Positions 1 to 9,887 of a stretch of 64,000 nt of DNA are shown here, piece by piece (the first letter of the stretch is position 1; each line of letters begins with the position of its first letter). This stretch comes from an uncultured bacterium. GTDB lineage: Bacteria > Patescibacteriota > Patescibacteriia > Patescibacteriales > UBA12465. Both the position numbers and the translations under genes were made by a program. Location of the stretch: contig CAJAVM010000001.1 in the NCBI GenBank assembly GCA_903945435.1, forward strand, positions 9,071 to 73,070. The letters are read 5' to 3'. The notes below the pieces were generated by a model. That model was given only the letters and a program-made list of their open reading frames with translations, did no database searches and was not told the DNA's origin.

Positions 1-450
1 TTTATCCATTTCATTCAAAAACATTCTTCGACTATCCCTTAAGCCTTTTTTTAATTTTGGTTTTATCTCTCCTGTAAACTGCTTTAATATCTCAATAACA
101 TCTTTTGGGATATTCCAAAGCTCTACATACTTATCAACCCATCTTTTATCTATTTGGTTAAATCCTTGTGGATTGCTAACTAATTTTACTTGAAGATTTT
201 GAATATCTTCTTGCGATTTTAATTTTATAATAATTCGTACCCTTACTTGAACGTCTGCCTTATAGCTACCAACAACTTTAATAGCTTTTACATACTCAAT
301 ATTATCAAGGGTATAGCCCATAGCGTTCAGCCACGCTTTTGCCATCGCATCAGTTTTCCAGGCGTTAAATTTTTTTATAACATCTGCTTCATTTTTAAAA
401 CCATTTTTTGCTGTTTGCGACCCGCGTTCTACCAGGTTTACTTCGGGCAT
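1..450 (-). CDS. Type II restriction endonuclease, HinP1I-like (3' end runs off the window)
   Basis: Not in the ORF track. Manual translation from the ATG at 450 gives MPEVNLVERGSQTAKNGFKNEADV...YKADVQV...QNLQVKLVSNPQGFNQIDKRW...FTGE...DSRRMFLNEMDK, open to base 1. These motifs match my recollection of R.HinP1I (GSKTAKDGFKNE, QVKLVSN.RGFNQIDK.W). Lies directly downstream of a C5 MTase. Confidence 0.85.
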   Translation of the reverse strand, partial: MPEVNLVERGSQTAKNGFKNEADVIKKFNAWKTDAMAKAWLNAMGYTLDNIEYVKAIKVVGSYKADVQVRVRIIIKLKSQEDIQNLQVKLVSNPQGFNQIDKRWVDKYVELWNIPKDVIEILKQFTGEIKPKLKKGLRDSRRMFLNEMDK

Positions 451-456
451 ATTTTT

Positions 457-1434
457 TTAATTACTTATAAAATTTAATAAACTTTGCCCAACCGATTGTA
501 TAGTGCTAACTGTCATGGCGTTTCCAGCCTGACTTAATAAATGAGAATCGATTATTTGTCCCTTGGCTTTTTTTGCTATTTCTTGTGGAAAACCCTGTAA
601 AAGAAGTGATTCAAAACCAGACAATTTTCTAAATTTATTATCTCTTACGTACATTATTCCGTGCCGCCCAGTCCTCAATGTTGGAACACAGCCATCATAT
701 AACCTTAAATCAGATTGTCTTGTATCAATAACGACGCCGTCTTTTTCTAATATCTTTTCGATTTCGTGTTTATTCTTGTTATATTTATTATTTAAATATT
801 TTATAAAAGTATTATACGATTTATGGTCTTTATCAAACTCTAATTTCTCCTTATCCATTAAATACGTTTTAATGTTTGGGGTTTTTATAGGTTCTGGCCA
901 AAAAAATTCTTTATTTTTTTTAACTAAATTTTTTCTCACGCCAACAAAATAAATCCTCTCTCTCATTTGCGGAACGCCATAGTTAAGACTATTTAAAACT
1001 TTATAAAATACTTTATATCCCGCTTTATCTAATTCGTCTAATATAATTCTTAATGATTCTCCTCCTTCATGATTAACTAAACCTTTAACATTTTCTAAAA
1101 TAAAATATTTAAGATTTTTATCTTTCATTATCTTGATAAGCCCATAAATAATTTGTCCCCTTTCGTCTTTCATTCCTTTTCTTTGGCCATTAATTGAAAA
1201 GGATTGGCACGGGAAACCGGCGATCATCATATCAAAATTAGGAAGCTCTTTTGTATTAATTTTCATTAAATCGCCAAAGTTTTGCTCTTCTGCCCCAAAA
1301 AATTTTCTATAAGTTTCTTCTGCGTTTTTGTCTATTTCTGAGAAAGCGAGACAATTTAAGCCTAAATTTTGCAAACCTAAACGCCCAGCCCCAATTCCGG
1401 AACAAAAATCTATAAAGGTTAAATTATTAGGCAT
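457..1434 (-). CDS. DNA (cytosine-5)-methyltransferase of a type II R-M system
   Basis: Motif I (DFCSGIG), catalytic GFPCQSFS, ENVKGL, PQMRERIY and C-terminal QAGNAM. Confidence 0.95.
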   Translation of the reverse strand: MPNNLTFIDFCSGIGAGRLGLQNLGLNCLAFSEIDKNAEETYRKFFGAEEQNFGDLMKINTKELPNFDMMIAGFPCQSFSINGQRKGMKDERGQIIYGLIKIMKDKNLKYFILENVKGLVNHEGGESLRIILDELDKAGYKVFYKVLNSLNYGVPQMRERIYFVGVRKNLVKKNKEFFWPEPIKTPNIKTYLMDKEKLEFDKDHKSYNTFIKYLNNKYNKNKHEIEKILEKDGVVIDTRQSDLRLYDGCVPTLRTGRHGIMYVRDNKFRKLSGFESLLLQGFPQEIAKKAKGQIIDSHLLSQAGNAMTVSTIQSVGQSLLNFISN

Positions 1435-1535
1435 ATATATTGAAACTAAATTATTTAATATTGTATTTTACTTTTTTAAGTCTAGGAAATCAATAAATTT
1501 GACTTTTACTTAATAATACACCAAAATACTACGTT

Positions 1536-2308
1536 ATGCTAGATAAAAGAATACAGTCTTTGAAAGAAAAACTCAAAGAACAGATAGAATTTGCAAAAGA
1601 CCAATATAATTTGGGCGGGTTTAGTAATGCCGTGTATGGATTTGTTGAAATAATAGAAAATGATCCTGTTATATCTAGATTTGTGAAAATAAAAATAGAC
1701 CAAGAATACGAAGTTCAAAGAAAGACTACAAAGCTGGAAAAATAGATAATGATACAAAGTTAAGAGCAAACAGCCTTCATAGAGCTAACGCTTTTTGGCA
1801 CGATTACTATTGTCTATTTAAAGAAATGCATGACGTTATTAAAATAGACAAATGCGATGCCTTGGGGATACCGGCTACAAATATATGTGAATCAAATTTA
1901 TTTTGGTATGGTCTTGATGATAGAAATTATCTAGAGTCATTGTCTGCAGAGGAAAGAAGGTTTCAAATTGATGATTTCCAAAAATGTTACCGCTCTCTTA
2001 TAGGATTAATCAATGCCGATCCTATTTTATTAGAAAAAATTGAAAAAGAGTGTAATAATGTAAAAGAATCACCCGAAACAATAAATATTAATAGCGATAA
2101 AAGTGAAACATATTATCAATTCTTATCTCAAACAATTGATAATGATGACACCGGGGCTATAAAAACATTACAAGAAAAAGTTGATATGCGGGTTTATGCT
2201 AAGTATGTGCTTAAAGAAGGAAGCTCCATTGAGAAGCGAGAGTTACTAGCTAATTTGAAGAGTAAAATTATGCTGAAAGACAAAAAATTGACGTTATTTA
2301 AAGAATAG
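1536..2308 (+). pseudogene. Probable single frameshifted gene (ORFs 1536-1745 and 1826-2308), hypothetical protein
   Basis: The frame of the second ORF is open from 1679, overlapping the end of the first. One extra base near the A5 run at 1738-1742 would fuse them into about 257 aa. Confidence 0.55.
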
Positions 2309-2340
2309 AAATATTTTTTAAAAATTGGTATACTAATGTT

Positions 2341-3234
2341 ATGCCATCACAACAATTAATAAAAATTAAATTTGACGGACAATTACATCAAGTAGATGCG
2401 AATACTTTTATTAATTCTTTGATTAACTTCTGCGAAGTTATAAAACAAGTTAACTCGGAAATAGATTCAGATCACCCAGTTGAAATAAAAATTACCGCCC
2501 TCGAAAAAGGTAGTTTTATTACCGGAATATCACTACAGGCAAAGGATATAATTGACCAATTATTTACTCGGGACAATATTGGGTACCTAGCAGATATGGT
2601 AACTGTGGTAATAGGCTCTTATCAAATAAAGAAGTTTCTCGGTGGTAGCAGACCTACGGAAATAACACAGAAAGGAGATAAAATTGAAATAAAAGATAAT
2701 AAAGGTTCTATTATTTTAATAGATAATAGGACTTATAATATTTACTCAAAAAATCAGGCTGTAAGCGATGCTATTGCAAATAATTTTGCATCTCTTGAGG
2801 AAGATACATCTATATCTAAATTTGAAATATTAGACGACAAAGAGGATGTTATATTTTCTGCAGACAGAGAATCATTTACAGATCTTGCAAAAAAAGTTGA
2901 AGTTGAACAAGAAAATTCAAAAACAACTATAATTTCCGCTAATCTGATTATTTATAAATTAATTTTTGATAAAAATAATAGAAAATGGGAATTTTATTAT
3001 AACGGAAATAAAATTTCAGCAAATGTTATAGATGATGATTTTTTCAAAGAAATTGATCAAGGCAAAGCATTCTCTAAGGGCGATCAATTGACCGTTGATC
3101 TACAAATAAACCAAATATTTGACGATGCTGTAAATGCTTATATAAATCACTCTTATCAAGTAAATAAAGTAACTAGCCACACGCCGAGAGCAACCGCCAA
3201 AAAGTTACCATTCTTATCTAACAGCGAAGAATAA
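2341..3234 (+). CDS. Hypothetical protein (island cargo)
   Basis: 297-aa ORF followed by a terminator hairpin; no recognisable catalytic motif. Confidence 0.8.
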   Translation: MPSQQLIKIKFDGQLHQVDANTFINSLINFCEVIKQVNSEIDSDHPVEIKITALEKGSFITGISLQAKDIIDQLFTRDNIGYLADMVTVVIGSYQIKKFLGGSRPTEITQKGDKIEIKDNKGSIILIDNRTYNIYSKNQAVSDAIANNFASLEEDTSISKFEILDDKEDVIFSADRESFTDLAKKVEVEQENSKTTIISANLIIYKLIFDKNNRKWEFYYNGNKISANVIDDDFFKEIDQGKAFSKGDQLTVDLQINQIFDDAVNAYINHSYQVNKVTSHTPRATAKKLPFLSNSEE

Positions 3235-3235
3235 T

Positions 3236-3263
3236 AAAAATCAGCTTACTATAGCTGATTTTT
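3236..3263. terminator. Intrinsic terminator, likely bidirectional
   Basis: AAAAATCAGCT-tactat-AGCTGATTTTT. Confidence 0.7.
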
Positions 3264-3372
3264 AAATTTACAGTTCTCTATCCCACGTGCCCACAGGTAA
3301 GTGGGTATTTAGAATTTACCAAAAAGCCCCGTAAATACGGGGCTCATGGGTCTGTCCGATACTAAATTGTCT

Positions 3373-3462
<90 letters not shown>

Positions 3463-3560
3463 TAATCTATTCAAATTTGTGAATAACTACTTTTTATTTT
3501 ACTGATTTACCAGAAAAATGCAAATATGCTATAATAGAAAGATAATTAACTACAAAAAAT

Positions 3561-3974
3561 ATGCCTATTTTAAACTGGACACAAGAATATTCTGTAGGGG
3601 TAAAGGAGCTTGATGAACAACATCAAAAATTAATGAAGATGCTCAACACATTATTTATTTTATATGAACAAAACAAATTTAATAATGTTGACGTTAACCC
3701 AATATTTCAAGAGTTAAATGATTACGCTAATCTTCATTTTAGTACCGAAGAACATTATTTCAATTTATACAATTATCCTAAAAAAATGGAGCACCTTGCT
3801 ATGCACGAAGTGCACCGCCGAAAAATTACTGAACTTAAAGGCGAATATGATTCCAACAACAGTGCAAAAACTTTATTTGCCATCAGTAATTTCTTAAACG
3901 ACTGGTGGATCTGGCACATCAACAATGCTGATAAAGAATACACATCCTACTTTAACGCTAACGGCTTAAAATAA
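3561..3974 (+). CDS. Bacteriohemerythrin
   Basis: W..EYSVGV..LD.QH, H(F)..EE, H...H, W...HI...D di-iron ligand pattern. Confidence 0.92.
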   Translation: MPILNWTQEYSVGVKELDEQHQKLMKMLNTLFILYEQNKFNNVDVNPIFQELNDYANLHFSTEEHYFNLYNYPKKMEHLAMHEVHRRKITELKGEYDSNNSAKTLFAISNFLNDWWIWHINNADKEYTSYFNANGLK

Positions 3975-3976
3975 AC

Positions 3977-4009
3977 AAAAGACCCGACTTACATCGGGTC
4001 TTATTTTTT
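3977..4009. terminator. Intrinsic terminator between convergent genes
   Basis: AAAAGACCCGA-cttaca-TCGGGTCTT followed by a T-run. Confidence 0.7.
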
Positions 4010-4013
4010 GCGT

Positions 4014-4721
4014 TTATCTCCGCTTCGTCATTTTAGAAAATAATGGCCCATACATATCATCCTCAATACTAATTAATAACTCCTTCGGGCTAATTCTTTC
4101 ACAGTATTCAATTTCGGCTTTTTCAATCAAAGCTAGTGGACGACATTCGCTTCCCTCTCCCATGGTAAATACTGCAGCGGCAGCCAAACTATCAACTACA
4201 TCAACCCGCGAAAATTTAAATTTTCTACCATATATATCTCGCTTACCGCGGTAATCTTTAATAGCGCAAAAACCTGCATATCCAACCCCAACGCCAGTTA
4301 CACCAGCCCTCAAAGGCATTGTACGGCTATCAGTGATGAGAATACCGAGATTCTTAACTTTATATCTCGCTTTTAACTCTTTATGCAATATCTTGGCCGT
4401 TTTAAAGCTATCTTTCGGTAAGAGAATATACTTACCATCAGCATTTGACTCATCAATGCCCGCTGAAGCCATCACCATCCCATCTTTAATCGTTAACCAA
4501 ACATATTTAGTAGGAATAGCTAAATCACTTTCTGCTTTTATTAATTCTTCCTTAGTATAAGAACCATCATCCTCAACTACTCTTCCTTCAGCTAAAGCAA
4601 CTATTTTAGAAGTAATAACCAAAACTGAGCATTCGGGTATTTTTTTAAGATGAGCAACAATAAAATCTATCAGATTATCATTCTCTTTAAAGATTCTAGT
4701 TTTAATTGGCTTAATAATCAT
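4014..4721 (-). CDS. Coenzyme F420:L-glutamate ligase-like (CofE family) gamma-glutamyl ligase
   Basis: TSKIVALAEGR, AGIDESN, ITDSRT.PLRAG..GV, DYRG..D.YGR, DSLA motifs. Confidence 0.85.
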   Translation of the reverse strand: MIIKPIKTRIFKENDNLIDFIVAHLKKIPECSVLVITSKIVALAEGRVVEDDGSYTKEELIKAESDLAIPTKYVWLTIKDGMVMASAGIDESNADGKYILLPKDSFKTAKILHKELKARYKVKNLGILITDSRTMPLRAGVTGVGVGYAGFCAIKDYRGKRDIYGRKFKFSRVDVVDSLAAAAVFTMGEGSECRPLALIEKAEIEYCERISPKELLISIEDDMYGPLFSKMTKRR

Positions 4722-4722
4722 A

Positions 4723-5364
4723 TTATTCTGTCTTTTCTTTCAATAAATAAATACCTAAATAAGATAAAGGCGTATATAGAGCGCCCATTAGAACCTTAAA
4801 CAACCACCAAGAAACAATAATACTTATTAAAGTTTTAGTAGGATAAATTCCTGCAAAAGCAATAATCATAAAAACTGCGGAATCAAAGAACTGAGACCAT
4901 AAGTTAGAAAGAAGAGACCTCAACCAAAAAACTTTAATACCCATTTTTTCTTTAAAAAAGAAAAACGATAATACATCTTGATATTCAGCAATTAAAAATG
5001 CGGCCAAAGAGGCAACCGCCAAACGAACTGAGGTTCCAAAAACTTGAGCATAACCTTCTTTCAGCCAATTACCATCAGGCGACCATGGTAGCGCTAACGA
5101 TAAAAAAGAATAAGCAATAAACAAGGCCGTACTAATGAATCCGGCCAAAACAAAGAGTTTAGCGACGCGGCGACCATAAACTTCACCGACAACATCAGTC
5201 ATTAAAAAAACTATCGGAAACGAAAAAACAGCCACTGATAGATGCGAACCAAAAAGAAAAGGCATCATTTTTAATCCCAAAGTATTGGCCGCTAAAAGTG
5301 AGGTCAAATATAAAACTAAGGCAATAAACAATTTTTTAAAGGCTCGTTCAGAAAGATTCATCAT
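4723..5364 (-). CDS. Queuosine precursor transporter (YhhQ/VUT family)
   Basis: FP..FL.TDVVGEVYG, R...ASL.AF, WLRS..S...SQ..DS motifs; multiple TM helices. Confidence 0.88.
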   Translation of the reverse strand: MMNLSERAFKKLFIALVLYLTSLLAANTLGLKMMPFLFGSHLSVAVFSFPIVFLMTDVVGEVYGRRVAKLFVLAGFISTALFIAYSFLSLALPWSPDGNWLKEGYAQVFGTSVRLAVASLAAFLIAEYQDVLSFFFFKEKMGIKVFWLRSLLSNLWSQFFDSAVFMIIAFAGIYPTKTLISIIVSWWLFKVLMGALYTPLSYLGIYLLKEKTE

Positions 5365-5397
5365 AATTTTTATTTAAACTTTATTACAAATAACTTT

Positions 5398-7104
5398 TTA
5401 TCTAATAACATCAATTATCACATAACCATTCTGATTATAAACCTGACGAAAATTATTAGACAAGAAAAGTTTTTTATCAAACTTAATTTCTTTTTCTTCT
5501 ATACCTTCAATTATTTTATCTAAATGAAAATATAAATAATAGCTTTCTTTATCACTATAAAAAATAAATCTTTCGAGTTCGCCATAAGGGCAATTCTTAA
5601 TCTTACTATACAATTCATCCCCAGACTGCGAATTAGCTAAAGCCTGTACATACTCATAACGTTTCGAAAATATAGCACCAGGATTATTGTTATGCTGATT
5701 AAAATAAAGCAAATGATTAATAGGTAAAAAGGCAGTAATTTGCGGGGTGGTATGCAAGGTTAATCTTGAGCTTACTAATTTATCTTGCGTTAAATAATTA
5801 ATCAAATCCACAACAGCCTGGTTCGCCTTTCTTGATTCTACGCGTCGCATACGCACAATTGGGTCATCTACAAAAAAGCCAAAAATAGACTGCGAGGCAA
5901 AATACATAACACCAATCACACAAACTACTGCATAAACATTTTTATTATCATTAATTTTAAAATACAGGAATATTCTTTCAAATCCATAAGCGGCTGCAAT
6001 TGTTAGAATTACTGGGGACCACACATAAAAACCGCGGAACTCTTGAAAAGGCGTCTTAAATATCAACAACATGGCCATACCAATTCCCCACCAGATAAAA
6101 GCGACTAATAATAAACATCCTAATTGTTTAATAAAAATACGCTGACGATATAAAATTAAAACTCCTAGACCAAACAATAAAATTAAACTATTAATTCCAT
6201 TCAATTGAAACATTGGTAGCCAAAGATTCAAACCACTAGGAGTAAAAAAAGATGTTTGCCAGCTCTCCATGCCATTTTTTATATAATTTACAATCATTGG
6301 CACTAAAAATGGTAAAGCTACTACTAAAGCAACTAGCATCGTCTTAAAAAGAACAAAAAAGTATTGGAACAGCTTCTTGCTGTTATCTTTAAAGCCTAAA
6401 ATAAATAAAGCTATGGCCGCAAAAATAAGCCACAGATAATAAACCATAAATATTATCCCGGCGATTAATCCATGTATTAAAATCTGTTTATTATTTAACT
6501 TACCCGAAATGATTTTAATATATAAACTGATATACCAGAACATAGTCGCGACGGCGGTAATAATTTCATATGGTTTTCCAAACAGTAAATCTTTATCCAA
6601 GACTGTAATAACTAATAAAGGAACTAAAAACATAAACATCGCTCCGGGCATCTTTTCTCCAAATATACCCAAAGTCTTTTCTCGCAAAAGATATTTTTGA
6701 AAATAATATAAAGCAAGTGGGAAAAAAAGAAAAAAAGAAAAAGCAGCTAATTTAAAAATTACAATCCCATTTAAATTAAACAATTTCCCAATAAAACTAA
6801 AAATCCAGAAAAATGCTGGGGGATAAAATGGTGGTAAATTATGATATGCAAAATCTGCCCCAAAGCCAACATGAGCAAATGCATTATACATCGCGGCGAT
6901 TGTTATTTCGTCGCCCTGTAAACCCCAAAATGGTAATTGCAAGTTATTCATCAACAAAAAATAAGAAGTGGCTGAAATTATACCAGTTAAACCTAAAAAA
7001 TAAATAGGATTCTTTCTCTTAAAAATTAAATAAAAAGAAACTGCTATAAACAAAAGCAGTAATAATTTAATCCCAACCAAAATTTGTATATCTAAAAAAT
7101 TCAT
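5398..7104 (-). CDS. GT-C membrane glycosyltransferase, AftA (arabinofuranosyltransferase)-like
   Basis: Many TM segments; GLQGDE...D.AY..LPPFYPPAFFW and FGKPYE resemble the mycobacterial AftA signature. Start moved to the ATG at 7104 to avoid overlapping the upstream gene. Confidence 0.72.
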   Translation of the reverse strand: MNFLDIQILVGIKLLLLLFIAVSFYLIFKRKNPIYFLGLTGIISATSYFLLMNNLQLPFWGLQGDEITIAAMYNAFAHVGFGADFAYHNLPPFYPPAFFWIFSFIGKLFNLNGIVIFKLAAFSFFLFFPLALYYFQKYLLREKTLGIFGEKMPGAMFMFLVPLLVITVLDKDLLFGKPYEIITAVATMFWYISLYIKIISGKLNNKQILIHGLIAGIIFMVYYLWLIFAAIALFILGFKDNSKKLFQYFFVLFKTMLVALVVALPFLVPMIVNYIKNGMESWQTSFFTPSGLNLWLPMFQLNGINSLILLFGLGVLILYRQRIFIKQLGCLLLVAFIWWGIGMAMLLIFKTPFQEFRGFYVWSPVILTIAAAYGFERIFLYFKINDNKNVYAVVCVIGVMYFASQSIFGFFVDDPIVRMRRVESRKANQAVVDLINYLTQDKLVSSRLTLHTTPQITAFLPINHLLYFNQHNNNPGAIFSKRYEYVQALANSQSGDELYSKIKNCPYGELERFIFYSDKESYYLYFHLDKIIEGIEEKEIKFDKKLFLSNNFRQVYNQNGYVIIDVIR

Positions 7105-7105
7105 A

Positions 7106-7519
7106 TTAAATTTCTTTATAAACCCAATGTTTGTAAACAATGAAGTTAAACGTAAACAAGAGACCAATAGATAAAACCCTCACTAACATATAATCTATAC
7201 CAATTACGTCATAAAGCAAGTACATCAAAAGAATCGAAGCAAAATAATTAAAAGCGACTAAAACAATATAACGACCAAATTGTTTAATGGGTTTTTGTTT
7301 TGTTTGAAATGACCAATACTTATTTAATAAAAAATTATAAATAATAATAAAAATTTGATTAATTGCGACTGCCCAAACTGGATAAAGATGAGCCCTCTCC
7401 GTTAAAATAAAAAGTAAACTAATATCTATCAGGGCAGAACTAGAACCGACAACCATAAACTTAATAATTTGATTTTGGGCTTTAAGAATATAGCTTTTTA
7501 ATTTTGATATATAACCCAT
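7106..7519 (-). CDS. GtrA family putative lipid-linked sugar flippase
   Basis: 137 aa with 4 TM helices; KF..VG, NF.LNK.W.F and NF...K.WV motifs. Confidence 0.9.
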   Translation of the reverse strand: MGYISKLKSYILKAQNQIIKFMVVGSSSALIDISLLFILTERAHLYPVWAVAINQIFIIIYNFLLNKYWSFQTKQKPIKQFGRYIVLVAFNYFASILLMYLLYDVIGIDYMLVRVLSIGLLFTFNFIVYKHWVYKEI

Positions 7520-7565
7520 AGCTCTTAAAAAGACGCATCGTTGATTAACTTTATATAACTTAACT

Positions 7566-8006
7566 TTATACGACTAAGCCATTCTTAATAACTTCAGATA
7601 CTCTATTAAGCTCAGCTCGAGGAATTGCTGGTAAATTATCAGCCGTAAAAATAATTTTTCCGTTTTTAATCTTAGCCATTTTACTATTAGTAATATCCGT
7701 TGAGCAACGCTGAGGAATAATAATAAAATGGGCATGAGAAACGCCATACCCATGAACTGCGAACCCCATTCTTTCAGGATGCAAAGTTTCTCGGATTTTC
7801 CTTGATATTCGATGAGCTTTGATAAATATTTCTGTAGCCAAATCTTCTGGAATATCGGAAAAATGATCAATATGTTCTTTAGGGATGACTAAAACCTGAC
7901 CTTCATTTACTGGATGTAAATCCATAAAAGCTAAAATATGATCATCTTCATAAACTTTACTCGACTCTACTTCCCCGGCAATAATTTTGCAAAAGATACA
8001 GTTCAT
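7566..8006 (-). CDS. HIT family nucleotide hydrolase
   Basis: CIFCKII.GE, D.HP...G.VLVIPK.H, H.H.I (third His of the triad not conserved). Confidence 0.9.
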   Translation of the reverse strand: MNCIFCKIIAGEVESSKVYEDDHILAFMDLHPVNEGQVLVIPKEHIDHFSDIPEDLATEIFIKAHRISRKIRETLHPERMGFAVHGYGVSHAHFIIIPQRCSTDITNSKMAKIKNGKIIFTADNLPAIPRAELNRVSEVIKNGLVV

Positions 8007-8083
8007 ATAATTTAAGATAAAAATGATTAAAATGGTTAAAACTGGTAATTTAATTATAACATATCGGCCCCAACTTGGCTCAT

Positions 8084-9877
8084 TTATTCTACAGTAACTG
8101 ACTTAGCTAAATTTCTTGGCTTATCAACATTTATCCCATTAGCGCTAGCAACGTAATAAGATATGAGTTGTAAGGAGACAATATTAACGAGCGGCGATAG
8201 CTCTTCGGAAACACTAGGAACAGTAATAACAAATTCCGATAATTTTTCAATGGTAGCATCTTTTGTATCGGTAATTGTAATTATACGTCCACCACGTGCC
8301 TGGACTTCCTGCATATTGCTAATAATCTTTTCAAAAATTGGGCCGTGATTAACAATAAATATTACAAACATGTTTTTATCAATCAGGGCAATCGGGCCAT
8401 GTTTCATTTCAGCCGCTGGATAACCTTCAGCATGAATATAAGAAACCTCTTTCAGCTTTAAAGCGCCCTCAAGCGCTACGGGAAAGTTTATTCCCCTCCC
8501 TAAATATAAAAGATTTTTTGCATTAACAAGATTCTGAGAAATTTCTTTGATAGTCTCTGCCTGATCTAAGATAGATTGTATTTTTTCTGGGATAGTTAAC
8601 AATTCCACACTCAAATCTTTATCGAGTTGGCCACTAATTTGTTCTTTCAAGTACAAAGCCAGCAAGACTAAAGAGGCAACCTGAGAAGTAAAAGCTTTAG
8701 TACTAGCAACACCAATTTCTGGTCCAGCATGTAAATAAATCCCAGACTTTACTTCACGCGAGATAGTAGAGCCAACACTATTAATAATTCCTAATGTCTC
8801 ACAATTCTTAATTTCTCTTAACGCCGCTAAAGTATCAGCAGTTTCTCCTGACTGTGAAATTACAACTAACAAATTATTTTCTCGTACAATTGGACTGCGA
8901 TAACGGAACTCCGAAGCATAATCTACTTCCGTCGGAATCCCCACAATTTTTTCTAATAAATATTTTCCGATTAAAGCCGAGTGCCAACTTGTTCCACAGG
9001 CGGTAATAATTATTTTATCTATTTTTTTTGAATCAAAATTAACTGAGAGCTTTATTTTATCATCCTTAATTCTACCACGCAGAGCATTAGCAATAGCTTT
9101 CGGCTGTTCAAAAATTTCCTTAAGCATGAAATGTTCAAAACCACTTTTTTCAATTTCTTCGATTGTCCATTTGATTTCTGTAATTTGATTATTAATACTA
9201 TGCCCATCTAAACTTTCAATTTTATATCCACTCTCGGAGATAGTAGCAATTTCGTTATCCTCTAAATAAATAACTTGATTAGTATATTCAATAATCGCCG
9301 AAGCATCAGAAGCAATAAACACTTCATCTGGACCAATTCCTAAGATTAGCGGTGACCCGCGACGTGCGGCTACTAATTTATTTTCACTGGTAGAAATAAC
9401 TGCCAAACCAAAGGTTCCTTCTAATAATCTAACTGCCTCTAAAACTGCTTGTTCTAAATTACCTTTATAAAATTTTTCGATTAAATGAGAGATAATTTCG
9501 GAATCGGTTTCAGAAACTATCTTATGTCCTTCTTTTTCCAATAAAATTTTCAGACCTTCAAAATTTTCTACGATTCCATTATGAACAACGGCAATATTAT
9601 GATGACAATCATAATGTGGATGGGCATTAATTTCATTAGGTCGGCCATGTGTCGCCCAACGTGTATGAGCAATGCCAATTTGGCTATCTAAACTTTGCTT
9701 CTCCAATTCTGTGGCTAGCATTTGGATTGGGCCTTCTTTTTTAAAAGTTCTTAAAGCACCATTTTCTAAAACACAAATACCGGCACTATCATAACCACGA
9801 TATTCCAATCTTTTTAAACCCGAAAGTAAAATAGGCGTAGCTGATTTTTTTCCTAAATAACCGACAATACCACACAT
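8084..9877 (-). CDS. glmS: Glutamine--fructose-6-phosphate transaminase
   Basis: Starts MCGIVG (ATG at 9877); LEYRGYDSAG, HTRWATHG, SQSGETADT, PRNLAKSVTVE. Confidence 0.98.
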   Translation of the reverse strand: MCGIVGYLGKKSATPILLSGLKRLEYRGYDSAGICVLENGALRTFKKEGPIQMLATELEKQSLDSQIGIAHTRWATHGRPNEINAHPHYDCHHNIAVVHNGIVENFEGLKILLEKEGHKIVSETDSEIISHLIEKFYKGNLEQAVLEAVRLLEGTFGLAVISTSENKLVAARRGSPLILGIGPDEVFIASDASAIIEYTNQVIYLEDNEIATISESGYKIESLDGHSINNQITEIKWTIEEIEKSGFEHFMLKEIFEQPKAIANALRGRIKDDKIKLSVNFDSKKIDKIIITACGTSWHSALIGKYLLEKIVGIPTEVDYASEFRYRSPIVRENNLLVVISQSGETADTLAALREIKNCETLGIINSVGSTISREVKSGIYLHAGPEIGVASTKAFTSQVASLVLLALYLKEQISGQLDKDLSVELLTIPEKIQSILDQAETIKEISQNLVNAKNLLYLGRGINFPVALEGALKLKEVSYIHAEGYPAAEMKHGPIALIDKNMFVIFIVNHGPIFEKIISNMQEVQARGGRIITITDTKDATIEKLSEFVITVPSVSEELSPLVNIVSLQLISYYVASANGINVDKPRNLAKSVTVE

Positions 9878-9887
9878 AAAAATATAA

